Source of the DNA: a virus
Taxonomy: Duplodnaviria > Caudoviricetes
DNA length: 64,000 nucleotides
Direction: 5' to 3' (one strand)
Virus record (IMG/VR): IMGVR_UViG_3300042288_001626
The number at the start of each line of letters is the position of its first letter. The stretch's first letter is position 1. Shown here one piece after another: positions 28,119-39,600 of the stretch. Below the pieces are notes generated by a model. The model was not told where the DNA came from. It did no database searches and saw nothing but the letters and a program-made list of their open reading frames with translations. Made by a program: the position numbers and the translations under genes.

Positions 28119-30578
28119 TTAGCGGGTTACTGCTCCGTAGGTATTCTGGAACACGAACGACGTATAGTCGCCTCCGGTTTTTATCAGTGTAATACCATAA
28201 ACATTAACTGTGCTTGTGGTTGGAGTGAATGTAGGCAGATTGATAAGTGTCGAAGACCCTCCATCAATTGTTATACTGGATATTGTATAAGCTGTAGTCG
28301 TTCCGGTTGTAATCATTATCGAAATGGACATTGCTTCTCCATTTTCGAGAAGGCTGTCAAACGTTGTGTTTGCGTTACCTTTCAGGTTTATCTGGAAATC
28401 GCTGGTGGCTGGGTTTGTAAAATAGACCACTTGTCCTGCTTTGATAAACACATCCACAGAACCTCCAGTATCCGCCATGACGTTCACTACCTCTTTTGTA
28501 GGAACACCAAGCAGAGGACTCATGCTTCCTGTCGCTCCTGTTGCACCTAGAATACCTGTTGCTCCTGTAGCCCCATTAGACCCTGGAGACCCTGTCGCTC
28601 CGGTTGCGCCTCCTGCGGGACCTGGATCACCTTTTGGTCCAGTTGCCCCAATACCAGTTGCTCCCTGAGCTCCGGTTGCTCCTGCAGCTCCAGTTGCTCC
28701 TTGTGGGCCTGTAGCTCCATTAGATCCTGGAGACCCTGTTGCTCCTTGTGGGCCTGTAGCCCCATTAGATCCAGTTGCTCCTTGCGCTCCGGTTGCTCCA
28801 TCAGATCCTGCTCCAGTAGCGCCTTGCGGGCCTGTTGCACCTACAGCTCCAGTAGATCCTGCTCCAGTAGCGCCTTGCGGTCCTGTGCTTCCTTGCGGTC
28901 CTGTTGCTCCCTCAGCTCCAGTAGACCCTTGAGCTCCTGTGGATCCCTGTGTGCCTGTAGCGCCCTGAATACCAGTTGCTCCTGTGGCTCCTTCTGCTCC
29001 CGTTGCTCCGGCTCCGGTTGCACCCTGGATACCAGTTGCTCCCTGAGTTCCGGTTGCTCCTTGTGGTCCTGTTGCGCCTCCGCCGGGGCCTGTGGCTCCC
29101 ATAACGCCTGTCGCTCCTGTTGCGCCTCCTGCAGGACCGGTAGCGCCCATAACCCCTGTTGCGCCTGTTGCGCCAGCGCCTGTGGCTCCCTCAGGTCCTG
29201 TAGACCCTTGAGGTCCTGTGGATCCCTCGGGTCCTGTGGCTCCTTGTGAACCTGTACTGCCTGTGGCACCAACTCCAGTAGCTCCAGTAGCTCCTCCCGC
29301 AGGACCCGTAGCTCCTTGAATACCAGTTGCTCCTGTGGCTCCAAATCCTGTAGACCCTTGAGATCCTGTAGACCCTTGAGGTCCAGTAGCACCTTGAATC
29401 CCTGTGGACCCGGTAGAGCCTGCAGCTCCTGTAGCACCCTCAGGTCCAGTAGCCCCTTGAACCCCTGTAGATCCAGTGGCTCCACCTGCAGGACCAGTAG
29501 CACCCATAATCCCTGTTGCTCCGGTTGCACCTCCCGCAGGACCCGTAGCGCCTTGAATACCAGTTGCACCTGTGGCTCCAAATCCTGTGGCACCTACGTC
29601 TCCTGTGGCTCCTGCTACACCTGTGGACCCTTGCGCTCCGGTTGCTCCAGTAGCTCCGCCTGCGGGGCCTGTGGCTCCCATAACGCCTGTCGCTCCTGTT
29701 GCGCCTCCTGCAGGACCGGTAGCGCCCATAATCCCTGTTGCTCCAGTAGCGCCAGATCCTGTAGCTCCTACGTCTCCTGTGGCTCCTTGTGAACCTGTGG
29801 CACCCTCCACGCCAGTTGCTCCTGTTGCTCCTCCTGCTGGCCCAGTAGCACCCATAATCCCTGTCGCTCCTGTAGCTCCTCCTGCGGGGCCTGTGGCTCC
29901 CATAATCCCTGTTGCTCCTGTGGCTCCAAGCCCTGTAGCCCCTTGCGTTCCTGTAGCTCCGTTAGACCCTGGAGAGCCTGTCGCACCCTGAGGTCCTGTG
30001 GCTCCTAGACCGGTTGCTCCCTGCACGTTCTGCAGCTCTACAGCATAAATAACAGGAGCAGCAAATGTAACGTTTGATGTACTTAAGCTAGGTACTCTAA
30101 GAGTATATATGTGAGTACCTGCCGGAGCATCAGTATCTATGATAGACAAGCTGAATGCTTGATTTTCATTTGCATAATAGCTTTGTGTGTAAGCTATATT
30201 GCTGATCATTACCCCGTTTCTATATAGAGCTAACGGACAATTGATAGGAAGACTCGGATTAAATACGTCCCCGTAAGCCACCACCTGTACAGGATTTCCT
30301 TTGGTAGTTAAAGAGCAGGTAACTACAATAGCAGGCATTGTAGCTCCGGTAGTTATTGTTGTTAAAACTCCTTTTGTTTGTGAGTAATTTAATGCAGATA
30401 GTGGGGAAGCTGGACCAGTAGCACCCTGAATCCCTGTAGCCCCTTGCGTTCCTGTTGCCCCTGCCGCTCCTGTTGCTCCTGTAGCTCCCGAGCCTACACC
30501 TGAAGCTCCTGTAGCGTTAGTTATACTGGTCTGCAGAGCAGCGCTCAGCATTGTAGAAGTTATTTTTGTTAGCGGCAT
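28119..30578 (-). CDS. Collagen-like (Gly-X-Thr) fibre protein with phage fibre N- and C-terminal domains
   Basis: Long [12 protein letters not shown] triplet tract; C-terminal VVYFT...FQINLKG...YGITLIKTG domain. Confidence 0.85.
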   Translation of the reverse strand: MPLTKITSTMLSAALQTSITNATGASGVGSGATGATGAAGATGTQGATGIQGATGPASPLSALNYSQTKGVLTTITTGATMPAIVVTCSLTTKGNPVQVVAYGDVFNPSLPINCPLALYRNGVMISNIAYTQSYYANENQAFSLSIIDTDAPAGTHIYTLRVPSLSTSNVTFAAPVIYAVELQNVQGATGLGATGPQGATGSPGSNGATGTQGATGLGATGATGIMGATGPAGGATGATGIMGATGPAGGATGATGVEGATGSQGATGDVGATGSGATGATGIMGATGPAGGATGATGVMGATGPAGGATGATGAQGSTGVAGATGDVGATGFGATGATGIQGATGPAGGATGATGIMGATGPAGGATGSTGVQGATGPEGATGAAGSTGSTGIQGATGPQGSTGSQGSTGFGATGATGIQGATGPAGGATGATGVGATGSTGSQGATGPEGSTGPQGSTGPEGATGAGATGATGVMGATGPAGGATGATGVMGATGPGGGATGPQGATGTQGATGIQGATGAGATGAEGATGATGIQGATGTQGSTGAQGSTGAEGATGPQGSTGPQGATGAGSTGAVGATGPQGATGAGSDGATGAQGATGSNGATGPQGATGSPGSNGATGPQGATGAAGATGAQGATGIGATGPKGDPGPAGGATGATGSPGSNGATGATGILGATGATGSMSPLLGVPTKEVVNVMADTGGSVDVFIKAGQVVYFTNPATSDFQINLKGNANTTFDSLLENGEAMSISIMITTGTTTAYTISSITIDGGSSTLINLPTFTPTTSTVNVYGITLIKTGGDYTSFVFQNTYGAVTR
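29085..29731. repeat. 68-bp exact direct repeat (29085-29152 and 29664-29731) inside the collagen tract
   Basis: ggggcctgtggctcccataacgcctgtcgctcctgttgcgcctcctgcaggaccggtagcgcccataa is present twice. Confidence 0.85.
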
Positions 30579-30646
30579 GACTTTTGTTATCTAGAGGTTG
30601 ATTGTATTTTAAATAAAGCTCGTGAGAAATACTAGTAAAAATAGTA

Positions 30647-31576
30647 TTAATAGAATGTCATTATAGTTACAGGAGCATCTAGAGCAGGAGCCTCATCAAA
30701 AACAAGCGAGCCTCCGTTGAGGGCATTAACAGTATAGGATACGTTTGGTGCCTGTACCAATCCTCCTACAGTAACTATATACTTCGTCGCGTCCATGCTT
30801 GTAATCCCTGCTACAGGACTGAAAACAAGCTTTGTGCCTGTACCCTGGAAGTTGGTTGTGGTTCTAGAATAAGACCCTCTAAAAGCCATAACAATCAGTT
30901 CGAGGCCTGCTGCAGGAGTTTCATCAAAAAAGAACACCTCTCCTCCTGTTGGAGATGTGCTCACGGTGTATGCCTTGTATGGAGGCTGAATAATACCATC
31001 TAAAACGACAATATATTTTGCAGCATCAGGAGACACTATTCCAGGGATTGGGGAGTACTTGTCTTTTACTCCGTCTGTAGTCACCGCAAACATCGTGACA
31101 CTTTCAGGAGAAGCCCCAGAAGCGAGAATACCCCACTTCGCGCCGTCTGTCGGAAACTTCCCGACAGTATCCTCGAGAGCTATATAAGAAGAACCTACAT
31201 AGCTCACTGCGTCATTGGCTTTATAGTTTTTTGTATGAATGTACTCGCCCTGCCAATTTAAGGATGCTCCGGTAGCTCCTGTGGACCCTTGAGCTCCGGT
31301 TGCTCCAGTAGCTCCGGTTGCACCCTGAATACCAGTTGCGCCTGTAGCTCCTTCTGCTCCTGTACTTCCAGTAGCTCCTTGTGCGCCAGTTGCTCCGGTA
31401 GCGCCTTGTATCCCTGTAGCGCCTGTAGCTCCTTCTGCTCCTGTACTTCCTGTACTCCCTTGAATACCGGTACTACCTTGAATCCCGGTGCTTCCTGTAG
31501 CTCCGAGTATCCCTGTAGCTCCTATTGCTCCAGTTGACCCGGTTGCTCCTCCAACGGTAGATGCGAATAATTTCAT
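30647..31576 (-). CDS. Short collagen-like protein with a carbohydrate-binding-like module and two fibre beta modules
   Basis: GAT/GST tract; WQGEY...[16 protein letters not shown]...W; two copies of the Y-I-V-x-x-x-G-x-x-Q-x-P...YTV module. Confidence 0.8.
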   Translation of the reverse strand: MKLFASTVGGATGSTGAIGATGILGATGSTGIQGSTGIQGSTGSTGAEGATGATGIQGATGATGAQGATGSTGAEGATGATGIQGATGATGATGAQGSTGATGASLNWQGEYIHTKNYKANDAVSYVGSSYIALEDTVGKFPTDGAKWGILASGASPESVTMFAVTTDGVKDKYSPIPGIVSPDAAKYIVVLDGIIQPPYKAYTVSTSPTGGEVFFFDETPAAGLELIVMAFRGSYSRTTTNFQGTGTKLVFSPVAGITSMDATKYIVTVGGLVQAPNVSYTVNALNGGSLVFDEAPALDAPVTIMTFY

Positions 31577-31579
31577 AGA

Positions 31580-32149
31580 TTAACCTTCGTAGGCTGTAAA
31601 GTTCTTGCCTGCAGTAGTACAAAACACGGTAATTGCTTGTGTAGGAACAAAGCTATCGCAGCTGATACCTCCGCCATTCTTAGCCATCAGCATTCCTGAT
31701 GTAAGACTAGCTGTTCCGCCTATAGACAAATACATGTCAGTGTCAGAAATATTCTGGAAAAAGAAATATTTTCTATTAGCGTTTTGTGCTACAACCTGGA
31801 TGCTTGTATTAGCTGTAGCCGTAACAAATCCTCCAGACTTGTCCAGCAAGGCTCCAGATGTAAATGAACTCGCATTTACATTACCCACACTAATACTACC
31901 AGAAAGCAAGAGAGCTCCCTGGTCGCTGATCTTGATTGGGTTAATTCCTCCAGTAGGAGTAATACCACACATAACCCTGGCCTCTGTATCAGGATCTATA
32001 TCTGTAAGATCGACGATCTTTTCTCTCCATTTAGATCCGTCAGAGTAATAATACTTTCCCTGATCTGTGGCGAAATAGTATTTGTCTAGCCTTGTAGCTG
32101 CTGAAGGTATTGATGCGTACGGACCAGAATCTGTTATTTTTCTAGGCAT
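31580..32149 (-). CDS. Probable small structural beta-sandwich protein
   Basis: NANRKYFFFQNISDTDMYLSIG...FTAYEG, a type of module common in phage structural regions. Confidence 0.6.
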   Translation of the reverse strand: MPRKITDSGPYASIPSAATRLDKYYFATDQGKYYYSDGSKWREKIVDLTDIDPDTEARVMCGITPTGGINPIKISDQGALLLSGSISVGNVNASSFTSGALLDKSGGFVTATANTSIQVVAQNANRKYFFFQNISDTDMYLSIGGTASLTSGMLMAKNGGGISCDSFVPTQAITVFCTTAGKNFTAYEG

Positions 32150-32175
32150 AATTTAAAAATAGCTAATTTAGTCTT

Positions 32176-32204
32176 ATTCTATCTCTTTTTGAACTTGATA
32201 GCAA
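32176..32204 (-). promoter_or_regulatory. Sigma70-like promoter
   Basis: TTGCTA-17 nt-TAGAAT upstream of 32149. Confidence 0.7.
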
Positions 32205-32224
32205 TAAAAGACTGCCTCTATTGT

Positions 32225-32905
32225 CTAACCCCACTTATTTTTAAATGTATTCCTCTGCCCCATAGTCATATTTATTTTCTCATCTTTAAAAAGCTCTGTA
32301 GATTGTCCTGAGAAGTGACGCACCAGAGAATCTAGTACCAGTGCATGCTTATAGCCTGCTCGCTTTATCGTCTCTGCATAGTCATCATCCTGATACCAGA
32401 AAGGAAAACTCTCATCAAACAGCTTGCAGCTATCTATCAGCTCTCTGTGAGAAGCAATACACCAGCCTTTGACGTGGTGCCTTATTTCATATCCTTGCAG
32501 CCCTTCAACTCCTTGGTGTCCTTTCCTGAGCTGGTCCTCGTGTAAAGGATCACACGGAGAGAAGCTTTTCACATCAGGATTGTTTTTGTGGTAGTTCATC
32601 ATTGCTGAAAACCAACCAGGATAGAAAATGACGTCGTTGTTGACCACGACCACCCATTCTCTCGAACAGTACTCTAATCCTCTATTAAGAAACTTGTTGT
32701 AGTGAAATGGTTCGTTTGGAAAAATACACAAAGCCTCCGGATAACTGAATCCTTGGTTGTGTGCTTCTGAGTGAGACTCTACAAGTTTTACCTCGAAAGA
32801 ATAATCTGTCTCCGACTCTTTCAAAGAGGCTAGAGCCTGTTTCGTCATTTTATAGAGTTCCTCGTTACTGGAACTGGCGAGCATAATAATATCAATTGGA
32901 ATCAT
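32225..32905 (-). CDS. GT2-family glycosyltransferase
   Basis: FHYNKFLNRG, VVVNNDVIF, GWC, FDESF.FWYQDDDY and VRH. Confidence 0.85.
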   Translation of the reverse strand: MIPIDIIMLASSSNEELYKMTKQALASLKESETDYSFEVKLVESHSEAHNQGFSYPEALCIFPNEPFHYNKFLNRGLEYCSREWVVVVNNDVIFYPGWFSAMMNYHKNNPDVKSFSPCDPLHEDQLRKGHQGVEGLQGYEIRHHVKGWCIASHRELIDSCKLFDESFPFWYQDDDYAETIKRAGYKHALVLDSLVRHFSGQSTELFKDEKINMTMGQRNTFKNKWG

Positions 32906-33903
32906 AATACGTTTAATAGTGCGTTAACTCTGTTTACATAGGTATGGTTTTCTTGTACATACCTCATTGCTGATTGAATTCTATCATAGTCTGTCAAGTA
33001 GGGTTGAGCTGCAGATAACAGTAACCCTGAGTTGTCAGAAAAAATAACATGGTCTTGCATCAAGTCTTTGACTGCAGGCGAATTAGTTATCCCTAGCTGT
33101 CCATAGCTTATGTTTTTAAAAGTTCTACATGGAATATATCCTATAGATAGATGGTTGCATTCCTCTGCAGTAGATCCAGAGCAAGTTAGTCCGGACCCAC
33201 GAATATCTGGAGCAATATACGACTTCTGAACAAGATGCTTCGCTTCCTCGTTGGTTGTCATCTTTTTCCAGGGGTCGTGAACCACAAAGCTAATGCCCTC
33301 TTTTTCCAGAGACTGCTGAAATTCTTGAAGCTCTTTCATGTTTGCCGACCAAGCAGAACCTATATGGTGCACTTCCCTGTCTCTAGGAATATATGCGTCA
33401 TTCAGGTCGATCTCGTGAGGCAGCATGTCTGTAGCCCACATAACATAAACCGCCTCGTAGCCTGCGACTCCTTTTCTGTGTCTTTCTGCTAACGCGTTGT
33501 CGTTAGCATTTTTTTCATAGGCAGTGAAGGGGTCTACGCCAGTCAGACTCAGGTTAGCTAGACAATAGTCGTAAGTGTAGTCTCTAGTTCTTTTGACGTT
33601 AAACCTAATATCTATTAGACGAGCGCCCGCGCTCACAAACTTTGATGGATTTTTACAAACATGGACAAAATATGTGGACGAAGAGACTACCGGCATTTGT
33701 TCATCTGCATAGCCTTCGGTAATGAAAAGAGCGTTCTCGTAATCAAAGTCTGTAGGATGATCTTGGTCGTGGAACCAGTACGTTTCATAGCCTAGATGTT
33801 TAAAAGCTTTATACCATCCGTGGTGTATGAACGAGTGCGAGTGTGAGTATAGAGGATATCCCCAAATAATCACTTTTTTAAATTTATGCATATTCCCTGT
33901 CAT
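32902..33903 (-). CDS. GT-B-like glycosyltransferase (CgeB/Glyco_trans_1_2-like C-terminus)
   Basis: YI.CRTFKNISYG, and C-terminal YVQENHTYVNRVNALL. Confidence 0.6.
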   Translation of the reverse strand: MTGNMHKFKKVIIWGYPLYSHSHSFIHHGWYKAFKHLGYETYWFHDQDHPTDFDYENALFITEGYADEQMPVVSSSTYFVHVCKNPSKFVSAGARLIDIRFNVKRTRDYTYDYCLANLSLTGVDPFTAYEKNANDNALAERHRKGVAGYEAVYVMWATDMLPHEIDLNDAYIPRDREVHHIGSAWSANMKELQEFQQSLEKEGISFVVHDPWKKMTTNEEAKHLVQKSYIAPDIRGSGLTCSGSTAEECNHLSIGYIPCRTFKNISYGQLGITNSPAVKDLMQDHVIFSDNSGLLLSAAQPYLTDYDRIQSAMRYVQENHTYVNRVNALLNVL

Positions 33904-33909
33904 ATAGTA

Positions 33910-34896
33910 TTATTTCTGTATTGCTAGAAATTTAGCAAGAGCATCTTCAATTTTTTCAATATTTTTAGTCGGTTTAAAGTATTTCAAATTTTCAATCGCT
34001 TTATTCAGAACAAGCAGAGCAACAGGATCATGCTCGTCCATGTTGCTGCTTAAAAGTTTTTGATTTTCTAGCTTGTCGACATATCTAAAGTCTAGAGCGA
34101 CATCTAGCTTGGTTTTACTCAACCTCTCTAGACCATATCTGTGCCTAGATAGTCCTACCAGCAGACCATTTCTCTTTGCTCTGCGTAGATACCCTAGGTA
34201 ACCAGAAGGCTGCTCGTCCTGGTATTCTGCTAGATATTTTACCGTAGGATTTACCGCTCCATATATTTCTTGATGTATTCTACGCAACATAGAGCATTCC
34301 GGGACAATAAAACTTATGTTGTTTTCAGGTAGCAGGCATGAGGCAAGAGCGAGTACGGGCATGTTGTACTGCGCTTGTGAAAGCCAGCACTCATGCTCTT
34401 TTGAACCCTCAGTGTACGGATTCGACAGACGCAGAACTCTGACGAATAAAGAAAACTCTTCAGGGAGAATCTCTTCAATTTCTGTGGTCGTGATTGCGTC
34501 ATTGCAAACGTCCGCACACAGTTCTCCGGAAATACGTATATTTTTAATTGCTCCATGATTCTGTAGGAGCTGCACTATTGCGGCATGAGGAAGAAGCGAG
34601 TTGTTATGAATCACATCTCCCTCAGTTATTTTTTCAATGTTACTATAGATCGGGAAGCTTTGTTCTATCTCTGTAGCTATCTCTATTCTCTTGAATACTT
34701 CAATTTCCTGAGTGCTCCACGAACGGGTTTCCGCCAGCTTACTGTACACCTCGCTTAGAGAGCTACATGAGTACTCTGCAATCTCTCGCTCTTTTGCAAA
34801 ATCAGTTACGGCTGTGCGACTCTCTATCAGGTTAAACAAACCTGTTTTCGTTTTACATCTACGCCCTAACAGAGAGTCGAAACAGTTCCAGTGCAT
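33910..34896 (-). CDS. Hypothetical protein
   Basis: 328-aa ORF within the operon-like run. Confidence 0.7.
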   Translation of the reverse strand: MHWNCFDSLLGRRCKTKTGLFNLIESRTAVTDFAKEREIAEYSCSSLSEVYSKLAETRSWSTQEIEVFKRIEIATEIEQSFPIYSNIEKITEGDVIHNNSLLPHAAIVQLLQNHGAIKNIRISGELCADVCNDAITTTEIEEILPEEFSLFVRVLRLSNPYTEGSKEHECWLSQAQYNMPVLALASCLLPENNISFIVPECSMLRRIHQEIYGAVNPTVKYLAEYQDEQPSGYLGYLRRAKRNGLLVGLSRHRYGLERLSKTKLDVALDFRYVDKLENQKLLSSNMDEHDPVALLVLNKAIENLKYFKPTKNIEKIEDALAKFLAIQK

Positions 34897-34912
34897 TTCT
34901 TAACCTAAAGAA

Positions 34913-35446
34913 TTACAATCCTTCTGCAGCAATATAAGAGGCTAGCCTTATTGCTTGGGGAGTTTCTTCTGCGATAATCCTGTCATAGCAAGCAGCTCCG
35001 TATTCTTTGAATACTACCGCATTGTTTCTAAACCAACCCATATGATATCCAGAAACCATAAAAGCTATAAGCTTGTCTGTAGCTTCTGCATCTACCACGT
35101 AGTTTAACAGAGCAAATTTTTCTATCCAATACTCTTTGGGCTGACAATTGATATGTCCATGACCACCTTGACCTGGGATGGCAGCTGAAAACAACACTAC
35201 TGGAGCCAGTCCTGTGAGTGTTTTAACAAGGTCATCAGCTCTTGTCGCTGGTAGATGTTCAGCGACCTCGATACACATGGCTATGTCGTATTTTCCTTTG
35301 TATTTAGAATCAAAATCACTAGAAAAAACGTCCATAACATCATATGGACAACGAGGATCAAGATCAACTCCATCAGCTTCCACACCAGCTTCTCTAAGAG
35401 CTTTGACATAAATGCCTGGCCCACACCCAACATCAATAATTTTCAT
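34913..35446 (-). CDS. Class I SAM-dependent methyltransferase
   Basis: IIDVGCGPG, YDIAMCIEVAEHL, FSAA.PGQGG.GHINCQ..EYW. Confidence 0.88.
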   Translation of the reverse strand: MKIIDVGCGPGIYVKALREAGVEADGVDLDPRCPYDVMDVFSSDFDSKYKGKYDIAMCIEVAEHLPATRADDLVKTLTGLAPVVLFSAAIPGQGGHGHINCQPKEYWIEKFALLNYVVDAEATDKLIAFMVSGYHMGWFRNNAVVFKEYGAACYDRIIAEETPQAIRLASYIAAEGL

Positions 35447-35447
35447 A

Positions 35448-36596
35448 TTATACGTATAGCGCTTTGAAGTTTAATCCGAGACCTGTATCCAAAGTACGAT
35501 TGTGATCAGTATACCAACCTTCTTTGTTGAAGACGTCACTGAAGTCGTCAAAAGCCCTCTCAAACTTGGGTTTTACTGCAGTGAGACTAAAGTTATCGTT
35601 TGCGAAAGCTACCAATCTATTGCGATCAATAGTATCGACCAGACGTACTGCTCGCAGTATGTCTCCCATCGTATTGCATCTAAATCCGTTAACTCCATCA
35701 ACGATGTACTCGGTCATTGCTCCGTTGTCTGCGCAGATAGGAACACAGCCGCTGAACAGCATCTCTACGGCAGTTCCGCCAAATGGTTCCCAATAAGTAG
35801 ACAATAAGAACCCGAATTTGGCTCTGCCCATAAGGTCTTTTCTAGTAGCCACATCAGCATAGCCAAGATATTCAACATGCGCAGGCCACTCAGTCATTCC
35901 GATGTCTGATGGTCCTCCCTGACCACACACCTTAAGTTTAACTCCTAGCCTCTTGCAGGCATCAATAGCGAGGTCGAGACCTTTGTTTGTTCCTATTCTA
36001 CCAATATATAGTGCCCAGTCCTCTCTTTCCGATTTTGCCTCGAACTCTAGAGGATTAAAATAATTTGGGACAATTCTGTGATACCAGGTAGGATTACAGA
36101 ACGATACGCCGTCTGTGCCCACATATGCTCCTTTTAAAGGATAGCTTTCGTAACATCTAAACTGCGCAAAAGCCCAGCCACTACCTATACCAGGCTCAAC
36201 AACAATAAGATCTCCGTCTTTGTTGGCGATCTCGCACGCTTCTCTTGTTCCTCCCCAGAAAGCTAACACAAGATCAGACTTTTTCTTTCTTTTTAGAATC
36301 TCTCTTCCTGCGTTTTGATTGAATACCTTGTGAGCAAGGTCATCTGTAGCGTGCTTAAAGAACCCTTTCTTCCAATCATAATCTCCATAAGCAGAGTTTA
36401 GTACTTCATCACTTGTAACATCAACCTGCTCGTGAGCGTCTGTATCTGATTTGTTGTGTCCGTAGTGTATGGTTCTGTATTTGTCGCTGTCTTTAAACAT
36501 CGTTAAAAACTTGCGTACTTTCTGAGTAAAAGCGCAAGCGACATAGTCAGCATTAGTTATTGTGTGCGGTAATCCTAGGCAGTGTAGTTGTGTCAT
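35448..36596 (-). CDS. GT4-family (GT-B) glycosyltransferase
   Basis: LYIGRIGTNKG, LGYAD...RKDLM, YWEPFGGTAVEMLFSG.P.I, G...E.I.DGVNGF. ATG at 36596. Confidence 0.9.
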   Translation of the reverse strand: MTQLHCLGLPHTITNADYVACAFTQKVRKFLTMFKDSDKYRTIHYGHNKSDTDAHEQVDVTSDEVLNSAYGDYDWKKGFFKHATDDLAHKVFNQNAGREILKRKKKSDLVLAFWGGTREACEIANKDGDLIVVEPGIGSGWAFAQFRCYESYPLKGAYVGTDGVSFCNPTWYHRIVPNYFNPLEFEAKSEREDWALYIGRIGTNKGLDLAIDACKRLGVKLKVCGQGGPSDIGMTEWPAHVEYLGYADVATRKDLMGRAKFGFLLSTYWEPFGGTAVEMLFSGCVPICADNGAMTEYIVDGVNGFRCNTMGDILRAVRLVDTIDRNRLVAFANDNFSLTAVKPKFERAFDDFSDVFNKEGWYTDHNRTLDTGLGLNFKALYV

Positions 36597-36641
36597 ACCC
36601 AAGCAGACTACATCAAACTACAAACTAATGTCTATATATTT

Positions 36642-39600
36642 TTAGCAGCCGTTCAGACAGCCTGATCCTCCTAGTGTCGAGTAAAGGATGGTCGTTGACT
36701 GTCCGTATGACTCTACTCTAAATGGTGCAGTCTCAGCTCCCTCACCTGCAGAGTTGGTGAACTTGGCCTTTACACACAAAGACGCGTTGGTAAATCCGCT
36801 TCCGCAATTAACGTTACCTCCCCAAGAAATTAATACTGAGCTAGAGTTAGCATTATTGACAGTAAATCCGCTTGAACCGCCAAAACAACTCCAGGATTGC
36901 CCAAGCCAACTTCCATTGTTGCTTGGACAACCTGTGACGGTCATTCCTGTAACCACAGAAGCTGTGCCAAACCCTGTGGCTCCTGAGAAATTAACTCTAG
37001 TCGTTCTCCAGTTATTGCCTATGTAATAAGTCATGCTTACTGGTACAGGCGTTCCTGCGGGAGCGACTATAGTCACAAAACTTAATATACCTGTGTATGT
37101 GTTAGTTGCTCCGTCTCCTGCTGCACTGTAAGCAATAAGATCGGCGGTATAATTTTGTCCGTCTGGTACTCCGGTATATGTTGTTGTCCTGTTTGTTACT
37201 GTGGTCCAGTCAGACACAACAGTAGCTCCGTTACGCAATCTGACTTTGTATCCCTGAATAAGGCATCCTCCTGTGACTGCTGGGGCATCCCAATTAAGCG
37301 TAATAGTACCTGCAGCTTTGGTATATGTCATGTTTCCAGACACTCCTGGAACAGTGCAAACCGTCACCCAGTCACTCGCTATTGCTGTGCTTGATCCTGC
37401 CGCATTACGAGCAGATACAGAAATATAGTAATTTGTTCCGTTTGTCAGTCCGGTTGCTGTAGCACTTGTATTGGTTGTTGTTGTGGGGCCGGCAACAACT
37501 GCGTTCCCTGGACTGGTGTAAAAAGTATAAGTATAGTCGAGAATTGCTGCTCCGTTCGTGTTCCAACCAGACCAAGAAAAAGTCAGCTGTTGGTTGCCTC
37601 TAGTGAACAGATAGCTTATTGTTCCAGAAGGCACACCTCTACAAACAATATTGCCTGACTGCGCTCCTGCGCTTGTTCCTGCTCCATTGGTCGCCGTTAC
37701 AGTAATGTTGTAATCTGTTCCGTTGCTGAGTCCAGTAATTGTGACACTCGAGTTGGTTGTTGAGGTAGGTCCTGCAACAACCGTTCCTCCTGAGGTACGA
37801 ACTGTGTAATTGTATCCTGTAATTGAAGAGCCGTTGTTCGAGAATACGCTACCCCAATTGAAAGTAACTTGTCCGCTGGTGCCGTTTGTATTGGAGAACG
37901 AGCCTGTAAATGCTGGCGCACCTATACAAGCAACATTGTTCGACTGCGCCGATGTAGATCCTGCGGCGTTTGTAGCCGACACAATAATGTAATACTGTGT
38001 TCCATTATTTAATCCTGTTTGTGTTATGCTTGTATTTGTTCCTGCAGACGTGGGTCCTGCAACCACGACTCCTCCCGAGTTATACACTGTATAAGTATAT
38101 CCTGTGATTGCTGACCCATTCGCCGTAAACACGCTACCCCAATTAAAGGTGATTTGATTGCTGGTACCATTCGTGAGGGTGTAGTTTGCTGCTGTTGCTG
38201 ATGGAGCAGCTGCACACAGCGTACCTGCTGTAAAGTCAGCGAAAGCACTGTTCCCTGCATTTGAACTGGCTGTATACATTCTAGCTGTATATGTTGTTCC
38301 TGCAGTTAATCCTCCAATTGTTATCGGAGAGGATGTGGTTCCTGAATCTGACACAGCTACCGTGCCTCCTATAGCTCCTGAGTACAAAATATAGCGATAC
38401 GGAGACGCGGTCAAAGTAGACCCGTTTGTCGAGCCTGCAACAAACGATAGCGAGAGGCTTGTGCTGCTTCCTGCTATTCTGCTGAGTAAAACTGAGGTAG
38501 GCGCAGCAGGAGCAATTGCACACACCACTCCACTAGAGCTCGCTGAGGCGCTGTTGCCGAAGTTGGTACTCGCGGTATACACACTGGCAAAATATGCGGT
38601 GCCTGTGGTAAGGCCAGTGATAGATATGCCACTTGTGCTGCTTGTGGATCCTGATGCCTGCTGTGTTCCTGATACCGAGCCTACATTTATAGTATAATTG
38701 TACGGGTTTGTCTGTAATGTAGATCCGTTTGTTGCTCCTGGAGTGAAAGAGAGCGTCATACTTGTGGCTGACGCAACTGTCAGAGTCACTCCTGAAGGAG
38801 CTGATGGAGCAGCTGCACACAGCACAGCAGTGGATGTTCCTCGAGCTCCTTCCCCTAGATTGCTGTTTGTCCAGACTTCTGCATAGTATGTAGTTCCTGC
38901 TGTAAGCCCAGAGATTCCTATGCCGCTGGTCGAACTTGTTGTGGTTGGACCTGACACAACCACGTTGTCACTCGATCTCTTTAGGCTATAGCTATAGTTT
39001 GTGAGAGTTGATCCATTCAGTGATCCTGGGGTAAACGTCAAACTCATCGTTGTGCCGCTTGTGGCGGCTAGTGTTATGCTTGAAGGAGCACTAGGAACGC
39101 CAACAGTTGTGACTCCAGAGGATACTGTTACTCCTGTGCTGCCTGCCACGCCGTTTACAGTATAGTTTGTTTTAACTTCGGCGTAGTAGGTTGTACCAGT
39201 GGAGAGGCCAGTTATAGGTATTCCGGATGTTGCTGTGGTGCTTATGTTCTGCTGCCCTGCCACATAACTACTTACAGCATACGACGCGCCTGCCCTTAAA
39301 CTATAGGTGTAATTATTTATTGTGGCTCCGTTTGTCACTCCTGTAACAAACGATAGTGTGACTGATGTGCTTGAGGCTGCTGCAAGAGTTACAGAGCTAG
39401 GTGCAGCAGGGGCAACAGCACACGTGACTCCAGAAGAACTTCCTGCAGCTGTGTTGGCGGTTGATCCTCCAAAAGTATAGTTTGCCACAACATCAGCAAA
39501 ATAGGTTGTTCCTGTTACAAGTCCTGTTAGTACTGCCCCACTAGTGATGGTTACTCCGCTATATGCAGGCACAGCCGGACCTGTAGATGCTGCTACTGTG

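Noticed and set aside
28441-29991. Long alternative-frame and antisense ORFs over collagen tracts (also 31289-31537, 44622-45306 and 46146-47248)
   Set aside because: These are shadow ORFs produced by stop-poor GGN-GCN-ACN repeats; their translations (PVAP, QEQ, CSS) are just frame-shifted collagen.
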